A DNA stretch of 64,000 nt, taken from contig JAYWIR010000001.1 in assembly GCA_036172245.1 (NCBI GenBank), positions 1,674,001-1,738,000 on the forward strand. The letters run 5' to 3'. Shown here piece by piece: positions 50,201-63,800 of the stretch. The DNA comes from Raillietiella orientalis. Taxonomy: Eukaryota. Below the pieces are notes generated by a model. The model searched no databases. It worked only from the letters and a program-made list of their open reading frames with translations, and had not been told where the DNA came from. The translations under genes and the position numbers were made by a program. How positions within the stretch are numbered: the first letter of the stretch is position 1; every line of letters starts with the position of its first letter.

Positions 50201-53200
50201 GCCGTACGCAACACCCGTCCGTCACACCCAAGAACCCAGCGGTGACCTCTAAGATCGGCGATTTACGTCGTGGCAAAGAATGGTGGCGGATTGCCTGCCT
50301 CGAGGCATTCGCGGGAATCGTCTGGCAAGCCTGCAGAGTGTACGATGCTAGCCTGCAGGCCATCTGAGACTTCTTTCGCAGCATCCGCCATCTTGGTGCC
50401 TCCCCCCCCCCCCCACATACACTTGAACCGACGCGCCCGATGTGGAAACCATCCAAACGTCCACCTCCCCCGGAGGACTCGATGGTGGTGCACCCTCGGT
50501 GCAGAGGGACCTGCACGTGTCCGAGCGAGCATTTTCTCCCGACCCGAAAATGGCCTCAAAGGATAAAAAGGAGGGGTTCGCGCAGCAGCAGCAGCGTGGC
50601 TCCGGCTGCCCGGGATCCGGGTCTAAAAGGCGTCGGCATTCACACGCCGCGCATCCGACTGCGTCCTTCGAAGCCTGCGCGCGCGGGGGTGTCAAATAAA
50701 GCACAACAGCCTCTGCCAAGTCGGGCAGAGAGAGACTGTATTTTAGCATTTGCTTTAATTTTTCCTTTTTTTCGTTGTATTTTATTTTGGAATCCGAGAG
50801 GTCTCTAACTTTTTAGTGAATTGCGATGAAGAGGTCGGGAAAGACATAAACCAATCAAACTGACAAAGCTCAAAGTCCACATTTTCAGACTTCAAAGTGA
50901 AAACAGAGGAAGGGCAATGAATTGCTCCAGGAAGGCAAATGAATCATGTGTGCGGTTGTTCACTCAAAGGAACACGCTCGATTTGAGGAGGCAACCGTGC
51001 CGGTGGATGCCGAAGGCATGGCTCGGACAAAGCTCGAAATCTCGAGCAAAACACGCTGAACGACAGAAATTAGCTACTGAAATATGGTCGCCTTCTCCTT
51101 TGTTACGGCCATCGCATGAGTGGGTTTTCCTTGTCCCTGCAAGAGAGGCCTTGGGTATCCACGTCCACGCAGACTTTCGCTTTACCGTACTGTCAAATAA
51201 TTCTTAAGGGATAATCGAGCATCTCAAAAGTGCTCGGGAATGGTGAACGTTATTTCGTTAATGGCGTGTCGCCGGACTCGTTGGTGATTGGGCGCGCAAG
51301 ATTCCGGTTCGAACGACAAGAGTCCCCACGAACACACACACACACACACCCTGGAGAGGGGAAACCCCCGCTCCTCGGGTGCAAGCCGAGGTTCCTCCAG
51401 GCCGCGGACAGGGATTTCCCGACTCTCGTGGGAAAACCGGGACCGAACCACCACCACCTGCGCCAAGTACGCGCCGTCCTACGCTGCTGGAAGAGTTCCG
51501 GGGTCCTCCGGGTTCCCGACTCGGGGTCGCGAGCCTTGAGAATCGTGGCGCAGGCGCTTTCGTGGCCAGGCAACCATGTAGCAACCACCATGGGGGGAAC
51601 ACTGCATCCGTGTGCTTCCGTGCTCTCCCGGTAGATGTCAGGGGAATCGGCGACGAATCGCACGATTTTTTTTCCCGCTCTCATTACCAGGTGGCATGCA
51701 AACGAGGAACAGAAAAAAAAAAAAAATTTTAACGTGAGTTACCGAGTTACCACGTACCCATGACGATGCAGGCCAGTGTTTTTTTGTTTTTTTGTTTTTT
51801 TTCTGGAGGGGCTGGGGGAGAACCCTCCTCTGTTCACGTACACGAAAAACCCAGCCACAGATGCAGGGGGTTGTATTTGTTATTTCTGTCGCGGTGGTCT
51901 TCTTCTGTTCCTTTTCCTGTTCCTTCCCGCAGGTTGCGTCCTGTGGTTCCATGAAAATCAGCAGCCGGGCGTAAATTTCAGCCACGTCGGAGGGCGAAAG
52001 CGTGGCGTCCGCTTAATGCGTCTTGGACACGTCAGCCTTACTGAGGTCCCAATCGACACCCAAATGGCATACGGAAAAACACACGCACACGCAGAGCAAA
52101 AAAAACACAGCATCGTTTTTTTTTTGCTTATCTACGAAAAACAGCAACAAAAAAGTGCCGGTTTTACACGACCCCAGCATGAAGCGATTCTTCTTGCAAA
52201 TAGAAAAAGGAAAAAAAAAATGAGAAATCGGGCCGTACATACAAGAAACCCTCGATGGCCACGATGCACACAAGATGTCGTTCTTGGGGACGTGAACGTG
52301 CTTCCAGTACCAGTTTTGCACCAGTTTTTTTTTTTTTTTTCTTTTTTTTCCTTTAGAAAAAAGGAAAAAAAAAAATCTTCTTCCCTTTTTCTTTTCCTCA
52401 CAAGACGAAACCGCCTCATTTAATGGCGCCAGCGTGCTGCATCCCTGAAAATGGCGACCACGTGCTTCTGGACAGGATGGCGGAAATCGAAAGTTCGCGC
52501 ACGCCAAAAAAAAAAAAAAAAGGAAAACGCGTGCATTCGTGTGTGTGTTTTTGTGCTTTTAACGCCGGAATCGAATTACAGCTCCAGGACGCTAAATCTG
52601 TTGTTAATTACCGATAGGCCGTTAATCAGCGCGTGGGCCCGATCTTGTAGGCAGAACTGGAGCACGAGCTCCCCCCCCCCCCCCATTTCAGTAGCGCCAT
52701 GATGGAAGAAAGGAAAATGAACGCTCACAGGAAATACGCATTGATCCGTCGCATGTCGAATTAGAGGAAAGTCCCAGGACCATTTTACAGCTTTCCTTTT
52801 TCCTTTGGCATATGTGGGGGGGGGGGGGACGTATGTGTTTGTTTGTTTGTTTTAAAAAGAGATCGCTTTATAATCGCGCCAACGCGGCACGTTGTAACGT
52901 GAGATTTGGAATGTAGGCGTACGGCGAAACTGGCAGGGAATCTCCTCCTGATGGAGCGAGGAAGTTCCGGGATAAGGAAACTTTTGGCATCGTTCTCAGG
53001 AAAAGACCACATTTAGAAGACCCTGGAGTTCAGGAAGACCGATGGCATCGGATTCGATTGCTATCGAAATTGCAGGCATTCGTTTTACTGTCATGCAAAT
53101 GGGCTGTTTCGTTTCCCCCTCCCCCCCCTTGTGCGTGCGTGCGTGAGTGCGTGCATGCGCGCGCGCGGCTCGCGCGCGTTTTTTTCGGGCTTTTGGACCG

Positions 53201-54044
53201 ACGCTCCGCGACGCAATGGAGCTGATCGCGCCTTCGGGGACTTCGCAGCGACGCGTCCCCCGTCTTCACGGGAAGAAAGTTGGCACGTCCGTTTGGCAAC
53301 CGGGTTCCCCCTCGTTCCGGGCTTCCAGGAAACCCGTTGCTGCGGCCGGCCCGGCTGCTCGCTCTTCGCCTCTTGCGTTCGAGGAGCACCGCAAGCACCA
53401 CGGACCGGCCGGTCCGAAGGCGGAAAAGCAGGAAGAGGGCCCTCCTCCGGTCGGTGCTCCTCTAAGGATGCGGGGAGCAGCCAGCTCGCCGGCAGAGGCA
53501 CCGCCTTCGCAGGGCCCCGAGGCAGCAGCCTGTCCGAGTGCCGTGGTCTTTCGAAACGCCACCGCAGTTCCGCACGTCCCCGACAAAGCCGGGCTCGGCA
53601 GCAGCCTCGCCGCGCGGTTCTTCCGCCTTCCGAACGTTGAAGGAGCAGCATGGAAGTCGTCAGCGGATGCTGGTCCTCCTCTCATCTCCTTCACCCTGTC
53701 TCTGCCCTGTCCCTTCGAGATCTCTACCTCCGATCGGAAATTATGCGCTCTACCCCCCTTCCTCCTCCTCCTTTCCCTCCCCCCTTCACACACACAAAAA
53801 GTTATAACGATCTCATCAGGCTGATTTGGTCTTCCTGTTAACCCGCTAACCGGACCGGTAATGACCCGCTTGTACGCCCGTCCGATCCGCTGAAAGTATA
53901 AAAAAAGAAAAATATCGATCACGACTTGGAGCGGCGGAAGAGAGGAAGCGAAGCAGCCTGGGAGATGCGCGAGAGACGTCCTCTTCGTAGGATGCGAAGA
54001 CGAGAGCAGTCGCACTCCTTTTCTCGGCACACCCATGGAGACGG

Positions 54045-54755
54045 CGCCTGACCCCGCTGGACGCGGTACTGCGCGTCGTGGGTCCGAATCTCAACCGGGG
54101 AAGGGTCCACGTCGAGAACAGGAGACGCGTCGTGGGTTTCGAGTCCCCTACTGAAGATGACTCTGGAAGGCCCATGCGCTTCTGTTGAGGCTCCCGTAGA
54201 AGCCGGATGCCCCCGTTGATTGGCCGGATTAGAAGTCGACCTTCCGAGAATCAAGGAGAACTTCTGCGTTTCCTTCTGGTTGACAAAATGGAGCCATCCA
54301 TCCTCTTCCATTGAGCTGGTTACTATCCCCCTTCTGGAATGCCTTTCCAGAGTGGCAGAAGCGCGCTGCTCCTTTCGGGGTTCTTCTCTTCAGAGGATGG
54401 AAAAAGGAGCTCATCCTTTCCAGATTCCCTTCGGAGAAAAAGCCAGCAGTGACCCTTCGGGGTTCCCTCTGAAGACAACCAGGGCCAGGGTTCCCTTCGG
54501 GGTCCCCCACCCAAGCGCAAGAGGAACGCACTCCTTCCACTGGAACCTTCCTAGATACATAGCCCGATCCCTGGGGGGTAAGCCCCAACTTCAAGAGCTC
54601 CATGCACCCTCAGTTGAGGTGGACGGTGCTTGAAGAGCTTCGTGATCATCTCCCCCTAAGGATGGCGAACGGATTTCAGTACTCCTTGAGAACCAAAAAA
54701 CAAAAGCTGGGAGCAAAGCAGCGAAAGCAGAAGGACCTGAAAAGAATTCCATCAT
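54045..54755 (+). mobile_element. SINE-like family copy 8 (diverged)
   Basis: GTGGGTCCGAATCTC, GGGTTTCGAGTCCCC, GAGCTGGTT, CAGAAGCGCGCTGCTCC, CCCTTCGGGG subrepeats, and the shared 3' block. Confidence 0.85.
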
Positions 54756-54899
54756 CCTTTCCCTCCAGAGGAGATCAAGTGGCCCCCGGAGTGCTGGAAC
54801 AACGGCGCCCTCCCCCTGAAGTGGAGGGAGTCGGCGTTGCCGGTGGCGCATGGGGGAATCCCGTGCGAAGCGCGCCTTCGCCACTGGACACGGGAAAGG

Positions 54900-56520
54900 A
54901 CGGGTGCTGAGTGGCACAGCTGCGGAAACAAGGGGACTCTCCTGCAATGACTTTGGGATCGTCTCGCGGCGATCCTACGATCCCCGATGGTGGGAAGTCC
55001 CAGAGACATTTTAAGACGCCTCTTCGCGCGCGTTGCCTCACTCCCTCACAGTTCCCTGCTGTATCCGCGAAATCACGATGTTCTGGAACGCCAGAAGACG
55101 TCGAAGTGTTAGGGACGCCATCCGCAGCGCGGCGATATTAACGAAGACCACCTCGAGATGGCCCTACCTTAGCAAGATACGAACAGAACTTACAAGCATC
55201 CTGAAAAGGGTGCAGAGGACGCCTGCAAGCGTCCTGTAATCCTTTCCCCGATCCCTTCCCCCACCCCGCATATAAATTCCCCTCCCCCGTTTTTGTGTGT
55301 TTTTCTTTCCCCTTCTGTCACGCTGTCGAATCAGACTTCCCCGATCTGTGGCAGGTTCATCCCACGTGGTACAAACAAGGGATCCACCACCAAAATGTAC
55401 TTTTATCGCTTCATATAATAAATGCCACCGCTGAACCGGATGATGGTCATCCTACACTAATAGGTACACGGACGCAGTGCATACCGGACACCAGCGCAGT
55501 TACCGGGAGGCAAACTCCCAAAATGTCATTGACATCCCCAGTCCACACAAACACCACTGCTTGCTCTAACTCAGTGCAACACTTTCATACCACATGCCCA
55601 GCGCCACATCCTACGAGATTTCAAACCCTCCAATGATGACAACGCTAGGGAAGTGCGAACTTCCACAGAAACTGTAAGCACAAGAGCAGAACACCTATGC
55701 CTTGCACATACACATCGTACAACGCATGCTTGCCTCGGGTGGAACAACCGCTCAGTGGGCAAAAACGTCCTTTCCACACAAACACGCCCTCTACTTGGAG
55801 GGGGTGAATCCCTGCAAGAAGCCATCGACGCGGAGGTTTCCTGCCGGCGCCCCTTCGGGCTACATGCCACGCTCCCCCTGCCCGCAACTGCCTCCAAGGG
55901 TCACCGCGAAGGATGAAAGCAGCCGCGACATCGGAAAAGCGAAAGACGCAGTTGCCTATCGACCCTCAGGCCGACTCCAATCCGATGTCTTTTCCTCCTG
56001 GCAGACCAGCCAACATCCAATCTGTGGCTGCGACAAAGAGCAAGCGCACATCCTCGCATGCCAACCACGCCATGGGAGGAGGATCAGTTCCCAAGGAAGC
56101 CGTCGGCTGCCATGGACTGCAGGACGGTCGCAAACACGGGCGACCCGGCCCCACACGCACCGTCCAGCGGTCCTCTCGACGACACCTCCGGCCATCAATC
56201 AGCGCGGCGCCCAACAGCCCAGACCCAACGTGAGAGCAGGAGCCGTTCCCGCATCCCGGCGCGCTCACCTCGCACGGAGACAACTGCCCCGGCTGCCGGA
56301 CAGCAGGACGGAGCGCGCGGGGGCCATCGAGTGCGAGTCCTCCTACGGAACAGCCGCCGTCAGCGGACGCCACGCTATGACCGCGCAGGCCTGGAGAGCT
56401 GCAAGCCCGGTTCAAAAAGACCGAAACAAAGTCGACGCAATCCCGAATCGACTCACGCGCCTTCCCGCCAGATTGAGAAAGAGAACCGCAACGCCCCGAC
56501 GCTCTCCTCGCTTCTGGTAG
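54900..56520 (+). mobile_element. Decayed RLE-type (CRE-like) non-LTR retrotransposon remnant A
   Basis: RKQGDSP (RT4-like, ~54925), TF*DAS (YxDD position), EVLGTP (RT7-like, ~55103), RPLLGGG, ICGCDKEQAHILAC (CCHC knuckle, ~56020), AMDCRTV and ESSYG (RLE-like). May extend upstream of SINE copy 8 to ~53870 (VRP; DVLFV[fs]DAK). Confidence 0.5.
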
Positions 56521-56529
56521 CTCACCAGT

Positions 56530-57595
56530 GGATCTCCTGCCGCCCCGAAAGCCGCAACGCCCGGAGACACGAGGCGCTGGAGTCCTCAGTAGCCATTTTG
56601 GATGCGCGCCCATAGGAACCGCGTACGCCGCCGAAACTCCTACGCGAACCGCCGGTAGAGGTCTTCCTCTGCGGGACTCGACGCAGTGGACACGGATGGC
56701 TGTCAAACCCCTTGACGCAGTCGTGTCTGCCCTCCGGAAAACCAACGACAAAAGCCAACCGGCGGGGAGAGATGAGACTTGCTCTGCTGAAAAGCAGGAG
56801 CCGAGAAACTCCTGGACGGCTACAAGACGAGCGAGCAGGCGGGCACCGCCGCTCGTCCTTCCCTGGAGATGCGACTGCTCGGTCTGCCCCCCGAAGAACC
56901 AGTGGTCCCTTCCCTGCGTTCGGACACCTCCGTGTTCCCGCTCCGTCGGAAACGGGACGACTGCCTGCTGTCTCCGCACACGAAGATTCCCCCGTCCAGC
57001 GCGCGCAGGCACCCGGTTTGCAGGGAACACGCCGCCCCGAACGGAACCAGGTGCGAGGCGACGGGATCTTTCCCACAACTCCTGTTGCGCTGCAGTGGCC
57101 TGCATAACGTGTAGCGCACACTAACCAGGGGGCGGTCCGTCAACCGGGGGCGCCGATTCGCACTTGCTGCAACGCTTATTCACTCAAGGCGCGGTGATCG
57201 CCACCGGATGTTCACCATCCGCTCCACGGTGACGGCCTGCATTTCTTGCAGTTTCCTTCGCAATGAAAGGAATCCACCGCCAGCACGGCAGCCCCCTTCC
57301 TTCAGGACGACGCCTGCAAGGTGGACCTGATCTGCAACAAGAAGTCACCCGTAAAATAGCCACCATCGCGGCCGCTTCTGCGAAGAAACGAACGAATCAA
57401 ATCGAAGGCTCCTGTCTCTAGCCTGCCTCCGTCCTTTTTTATTTCTTTTTCGTCCCCTCCCTCCGTTCCCTACCTTGTAAGCACACGTGTTCATCCTCAT
57501 GGAATTTGTTCTTCTGACGTCTCGTGTGTTCAGGGGATCCTCCCCTCCGACTCCGGCCGCTCACCCCTGACTGGTACTTTGCTCTTAAATAAAAG
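56530..57595 (+). mobile_element. 5'-truncated decayed CRE-like remnant A2 (thumb, CCHC, RLE, putative 3' UTR)
   Basis: PETRGAG...AYAA (LPxxxGGxG...AY-like), QWT, RCDC...SLPC, TEPGARRRDL (EP...RxD endonuclease-like); T-rich tail ending AAATAAAA near 57587-57594. Confidence 0.5.
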
Positions 57596-57879
57596 TCCCG
57601 CAGTGACCTGGTGAAAACCCTCGCATGCTTCGGGCCGCGGACCCAGCCGATCGCTGCCCACGGTCGCAGCCGTGAAGCCATCTCACCCATCCTCCCGTAG
57701 TTCGCTTCGCAACTTCTGCTCCGAAAGACTGCAAAGGCAACGTCCACAAACAAACAGAAGGCCTCCGGCGAGACGCGGGAGCTCTCCTTCACGAGCGGCC
57801 CGCATCCGCGCAGCCGGCCGCCCTTCCGTGCTCCGCCAGGTTCTTCGACGGTCGTCGGAATCGCGCGCCCTCCCTCCCG

Positions 57880-60800
57880 GACGGGAGGATCGGGTGGCCC
57901 ACGGCGCCCCGCGCTGCGGGGGCACCCTTCGCTCGCCTTCTCGGAGCTCCTGATCGCAGCCGAAGAAGCGACCGCTTCGCGCCCACATCCCGAGCGCGGT
58001 GCACAAGCACTTGTAGGCCCGAGGACAGACGGCGCTCAAGCTGCGAAAGGCGCTGACTCCGATCGCCACGAGGTGGACGTACGAGGAGCGCTCGCACCGA
58101 TGACCTCAGGTGGCTGCCTGCGTTTCCCAACGCAATACGCTGCCGCTCCGGGTTTCGTCACCCACCGCCCTTCATCTCCGACGGTACAGGTCGAGTTCCC
58201 CTGCCCCCCAAGCGTCGGCATCCTCCGAGACTTCTCCGAACCTCCTCGCCGTGAACCTCCTCGCTCTTCCACTCCCCTTACCCCTCTCCCGGATACACGC
58301 CCTTCCGAGCAAACCAGGAAGCAGGCGGCGTGCCTCCGCACATCTCGAGCACCCTTCCGTCCGCCGAGACGCATCTTTCACCATTCCGACGCGTTCCTAG
58401 ACCTTTCGTCAGCACCGACAAAGAAGAGCTTCCAGGACTCGCAACAGCGCGCTAGTTGCGGGCGCTCGTCTTTAGCACTCGGGCGGAGAGTCTCGGGATC
58501 TCCAAGGTCGCAGCGGCGACCGCGACGAAATCAATGGGTAAGCATGGAACCAGCAATGCAGAAAAGAACGAGCGGGGCGCGGGAGATCCAATGAAGCCTC
58601 CAGCCCACACGACCTCTGGAAGAGAAGCGAAGAATCTCGACGGGTTGCACCACCTTTCCCATGGACGCGCCCTCGGCAAGTCCCGGGAACGCCGGCGAGG
58701 CGGAAGCGACACTCCTCCGGAGCAACAACACGCCCGCAGAAGAACTAAGGAGGTCCTCCGCTCTCAGGCTGCTCCGACGAGCGGGGAATTCCCTGCTTGC
58801 CGCAACCACGAAGAGATGCCTGCGAGGAACATTCAACGGGCAGCCACAGTCCGTCCCTGCGCCACCGACCGCACCGATCGAAGGCGAGTGGCTGACCGCG
58901 CTAGCGAAGCTGAAGAAATGCCCACCTCCCTCAAGCGACGAGGAAGGCATGTCCAGAGAGACGCTCGGAACGACCGTTGCCAGGCACGCGGCGAGGGTGC
59001 TTCTACCGGCACGCCCTGGACCTGGCGTCCGGAGGTGTCGAGATCCATCGCTTCCTCCGTGCTGCCCCTTCCCACGGCGATCCCCCACCCTCTCCTCCGG
59101 AACGGAGGGTCCCCTCCGAGGACCGTTGACCAAAAGTCGACAGGCTCGCTGCACTCCAAGCCTCCTTCCCGACACCTCACACCCGCCCCACCCCTGCAGC
59201 CTCACTCACTTCCTGCCGTCCCCATCCAACAGCAATGCTGCTGCGCATGCCCGATACCTCCGTCCAGTTGGCGGCCGGCGGAGCGCGCCCGCCGTCTCCC
59301 GGGACGTCTTCAGCGCCGAGCAGGGTAACGCTGCAGCTCCGCTCTGGTGCTCGTGCTCGACGGCGGCGCCCCCGCCGTACGCACGCACGCAGCGCACTTC
59401 GCCCAACTCGTCCTTACGTTGCGCGCTACGCCCTCGGTCGCCATTTCCGCCACGCAAGGCGGAGATATCCGCTGGGCCACCAACGCCCCACGGTGCCAAC
59501 GAAGAAAAGCAAGAGGCCGCGGTCCTCAAAGGGCGGCCGAAGGGCGCGTCGGCACCCACCACCAACCCCTCCTTCCGACATGAGCGGAGCAGAAGGGTCG
59601 ACAGCGCCACCACGGCTGTCAGACCAACCTCGACCTACCAGGAAACGAAGGTCCGTGGAGAAAAAACGCGAGGCATTTGGTCGTAGGTCGGTGCGAGGCA
59701 TCCCGGGTCCAGTCGCGGCGCGCCGGGAGCTAGGATTCACCGCGCGCGCCCTGGAAACTCCCACCAATCGAGAAGCAGCGGTGGCCCGCAGGTGCGAGCT
59801 GGACGCGCGACGTGCGCATCCCGGAGAGCTCTTCGTCCTTGCAAGGCTCCCGGAGAGACTGCCACGTTGGCCTCCCCCCGCGGACATCGCATCGCCGCCG
59901 GCAGCGGAGCGCCGACTCCGCTCCGGACGGGGCGTTGCGGCGCACGGATCCGCCGACGCCCATGGTACTCGGGTCCTGCGCCTTCGCTGTGCCACCGCTC
60001 AGCGAAAAGGAGCGCCCACGCGCCCCTGGGAACATCGGGCTGCCGCCCACCCAGCCGATATCCACGGAGAGGGCGCGCAACGAGAGGCTGCGCTTTCATC
60101 CCGCGCGGGAAATCTCCCGGCGGCCGCTTCGCGGAGGAGCGCCGAAGCCTCCTCCTCCTCTTGCCGGGGCTACTCGACGGGAACGGAAGCGCGGTGCCAA
60201 CTCGCGCTAGTCGGCGCGCGGCGAGGTCACGCCCTTCCATCCTGGGGGTTCCAAAGAGGAAGCGACGCTACCCTTCCGCGCCGGGATGAAGTCGATGCCG
60301 CGAGGACTGCCTCCCCGACCGGGAACCGCGGACAGCTCGGCGGCGGGGCCTTTCGCCGCCCCACGGCAACACTGACGGGATCCAGGGGCGTCTCTCCGCC
60401 ACGGTCCTACGCGGGGTGGACCTCAGGTTCCTACTGGAAGTCACGCGCCAACCTCGCAGGGGACGTTCCCCTTCCTCACCTCTCCTCGCATGCCACATGC
60501 GTGGACCGCCGGCCGACCCGGCGCCGAGGAAGGGGAGGAGGAAGTCCGACCTCGAGGTAGCCCACCGCGTCCGTTCGCGGAAAGGAAAGCCGGCAGCCTC
60601 GCCTGCATCTCCCACCTCGCGTCCCTCGCCCGACCATCCACCAAGCGCGACTACGCTCGCTGCCGGACGGCGACCTCCGTCCCGACCGCAGCCAGCGCCT
60701 CTCCGACCTCACCGCCCTACGGAGACTTCCACTCCCAGGAAGACGTGCGTCGTCCTTCTACCCGTTTGTTCGGGGAAGGGTCAACGCCGCAGGAGCGGCC

Positions 60801-63800
60801 TGTACGTTCCCAACACGGGCGAATCGCTCTTGCTGCCGGCGGGCGTCTCCTAGAAGGGACGGCCCTCGCCCCGCGCGCGCGCAAGCGATACGACGCCGTC
60901 GGTGAGGGTCCATTGAGGATGCTGCATCCGAAGACCGTGGACAAACCGGGAAGGGACCATCGGTGGACGCCACACCTGCCGCGTCCGCGTCCGCAGCGGC
61001 CTGCGCAGGGACGCGCCGCGCCTCCCGCGTGACGCAGCTTCTCTCGTGCAGCAGTTTGCACTTCACGCGTCCACGAGATCTGCTTCGTCCTTCTGCAAGG
61101 ACGATCCTACCAAAGGACCGGCGACGGGAGCGTCCCGTTTCGCGCCAACACGCCCGAACAGGGCGGCGCACAGTTTCTCGAGAACGCCGCAACCGTGCTT
61201 CTTCGTCGAGAGACCCGTGCGCCGCCACTTTCCGAGGTAGCCATCTTGCCCGCGCCGTGGTGACGCCCGCCCCGTCGTAGGCAGCGTCAACGAGGAAGGC
61301 TCACGCACGCGAGAAGGGGGACGAGGGGACCTTCGAGAGGATTGCACGGTCCACTGGTAGCTGCGCGGTCGCACATGGCGACGTTGTCCGGATCGCACCG
61401 CCAGCCTCCGTGGATGCGGAACGAGCGGGACGCAAGAAGGGAAGGGTGGAAAGACGCCGTCGCGGAAGTTCTCCAGAGTTGCAGGTGTTCCTGCGACTCT
61501 GGGAGGCTTACACGCCCCCCGGAGCGCGAAGGTCACGGACCCCATACGCTACGTCGGCGAAGGATCGCCCGGAGCACCCGATCACGGCGAAGGTCACGAA
61601 CCGGGGCTCCGGCCGCGAAAGGAGACCGCGTTGGCGGCGCAGCTCCGGCGGGCAAGTCCCTGCTGCGCGCCCCCACCCCCACCCCCACCCGCTCCCTCCC
61701 CTTTCCCGCGCGTTTCCAGCGCCACGCTTCCGTTCGGCGTCCACGGCGGGATCGCCGACGTGCGCGCGCACTTGGCTCGCCACGGGTCGAATAAGGGCGC
61801 GCCCTCTTCCCGAAGGCCTTCCGAGATCGTGTCGGCGCCCGGCAACCTCGACTCCTCCACCTCCACCGCTTCCCGTGGTCCAGAGTTCGCCGCCAGACCG
61901 GCCGGCGACGGCTGCCCTCCCGGACCGCCCGTCACTCTACCCCGCTTGTCTCCTGGGAGATCTGCTGCACGCGACGCGCGCCAGCGTCGTCTCCGATTCG
62001 CGTGGAGGTGGCGGAGCGTTTCCAAGACTGCCGCGCTGCCGTTGCGTGGCAGCGAGCCGACGACCGCTCGGAGGGCTGCGGGCTCGCCACGGGGTCGAAG
62101 GCGACCTCACCCGGACGGATTTCGTCCCCCTTCTCGTCCCCTCAGTTTCTCCTGTGCCGAAGGACGGCCCGGGAAGTTCAAGCAGCCGTCCCAGGCGACG
62201 ATGCGGTGCTCCCGCAGGTTTCCCGCGGCGCCGAATGCTGGCGCTGCCTCCGACGCAGTGGCCGCTGCAGGGTCGCGCGTATGTCTTCGCCGCGGCACTT
62301 GCTGTTGGGGCGAGGAGCGCGGCCGGTCCCGGTAGCCAGCAGGTCTTCTTCCGAGCATCCCTGCAACGGTGCTATGACTTTTCCCTTCTTTCGCTTCTCT
62401 CCGCGTCGTGGCTCGCGGACGGGCGGGAACGCGCTGCGTCGCATTGCTTCGCGTGCGCCGAAAACGCACTTCCCGCGTCCGCTGCGCGGTTGCCACGACT
62501 GCGACCTTCCCAGGGCGCCTTCTCCCGCTCCGATCCTCCCTGAAAAGGGACGCCGCCGCGTCCGCCAAGTGCATCCGGGAAAATGCGTATCCGCGGCCTA
62601 TTAGCAAGGATGCCCGCCCACTCAGCGGACGGGGACGCAGGAGAGCTAGCGCCCCCGTCGGATCATCCCAGGACCAACGTCCACCAAAGCGCCGCCTCTT
62701 GTGCTGGCGCCCGTAGGACAGCTCCACCGTCAAACGGGCGTCCATAGTGAGGCAGCGCCGCCACAGTCGCCGTAAGACCGTCCACGGACAAGGAAGCCCC
62801 ACCCCTCCTCTCCCCCGTTGCGCCTGCCGTTTGCGACCAGACGGGCGCTCCTTGAGCCGCGACCTCCCTCTTTCACGGCGTGCCGTCGCGCTTCCTGTCA
62901 CGTGACCTGTCCCGCGCGGGTTTCGCCGGCGTCGCCTGCGAATCGAGGGCCGCCTCGCCCGCAGCGGGCGGGTTCCGGGCACTACGAGCGGCCGCCCGTT
63001 GCCCCGCGCCACCGGCGACGCGGAGCCGCAGCTGAGGAACGGCCGGCACGGAAGCGTGCGCGAACGAGCGCCGCGAAACCGTCGCGCATCCCAGGAGGCA
63101 AATGCTCTTTCGCTCCCACCCCACGGCTCTCGGAAACGGTCCCCGGCGACCACCACCATACGCTTCCGGGTCGCTCCACGCTCTTCTCGCAAGGATGGCA
63201 CATCGCCGACGCCGACCGCCTGCGACCGCGGCATCCGCAAGGGTGACGCGAGCCGCACGCCCGAGACGCGCCTTTTCAGTTCGCCTCTCTCGGTGGACAA
63301 GGCAAGGGAAGCGCGGCGTACCCTGACGGTGGAGACCCGAGGTCGCGCCGGAAGTTTCCACCTTGGCGGGGAGCGCACCTCCGCCTCCGGCTCGTCCAGC
63401 GCCATCGGCGCCCATCCCTTCCTGGGTGCGCTTCCGGGCCAGAGAGACCTGCCGGTGAGGAGCGTCGCCCGCATTCACCGACACCCTCGCGGCCAGCAGG
63501 GGAACCGCGCATGCGCGACCCATCCCCGTACGGCTGGCACCCCTCTTCACCCACCGCATCATTGGAACCGGTGTACCGGAGACGCCCACCCGCCTGCGAG
63601 GCTTGCTGCTGCTGGCGGTCGCCACGCGGAGCTCCTCGCAGCCATGCACTTCCCTCTCGCACGAATTCCGCAACGAGAAACGCGGAAGGAAACGCCGCGG
63701 GCTGCGCCACCGGAGCTCTCGGCGCCAGTCGACGGAGTCTCCGCCCTCCCACCGAGCACCCGGATGCCGCGGCTCCGCTCCTGCGCGGCCTCCGGGATGG

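Noticed and set aside
56589-56601. GTAGCCATTTTGG, a 13 nt match to the dinoflagellate spliced leader (similar GTAGCCATCTTG near 61238)
   Set aside because: Lacks CTCAAG, splice donor and Sm site, and lies within the coding remnant of the retroelement; probably chance.
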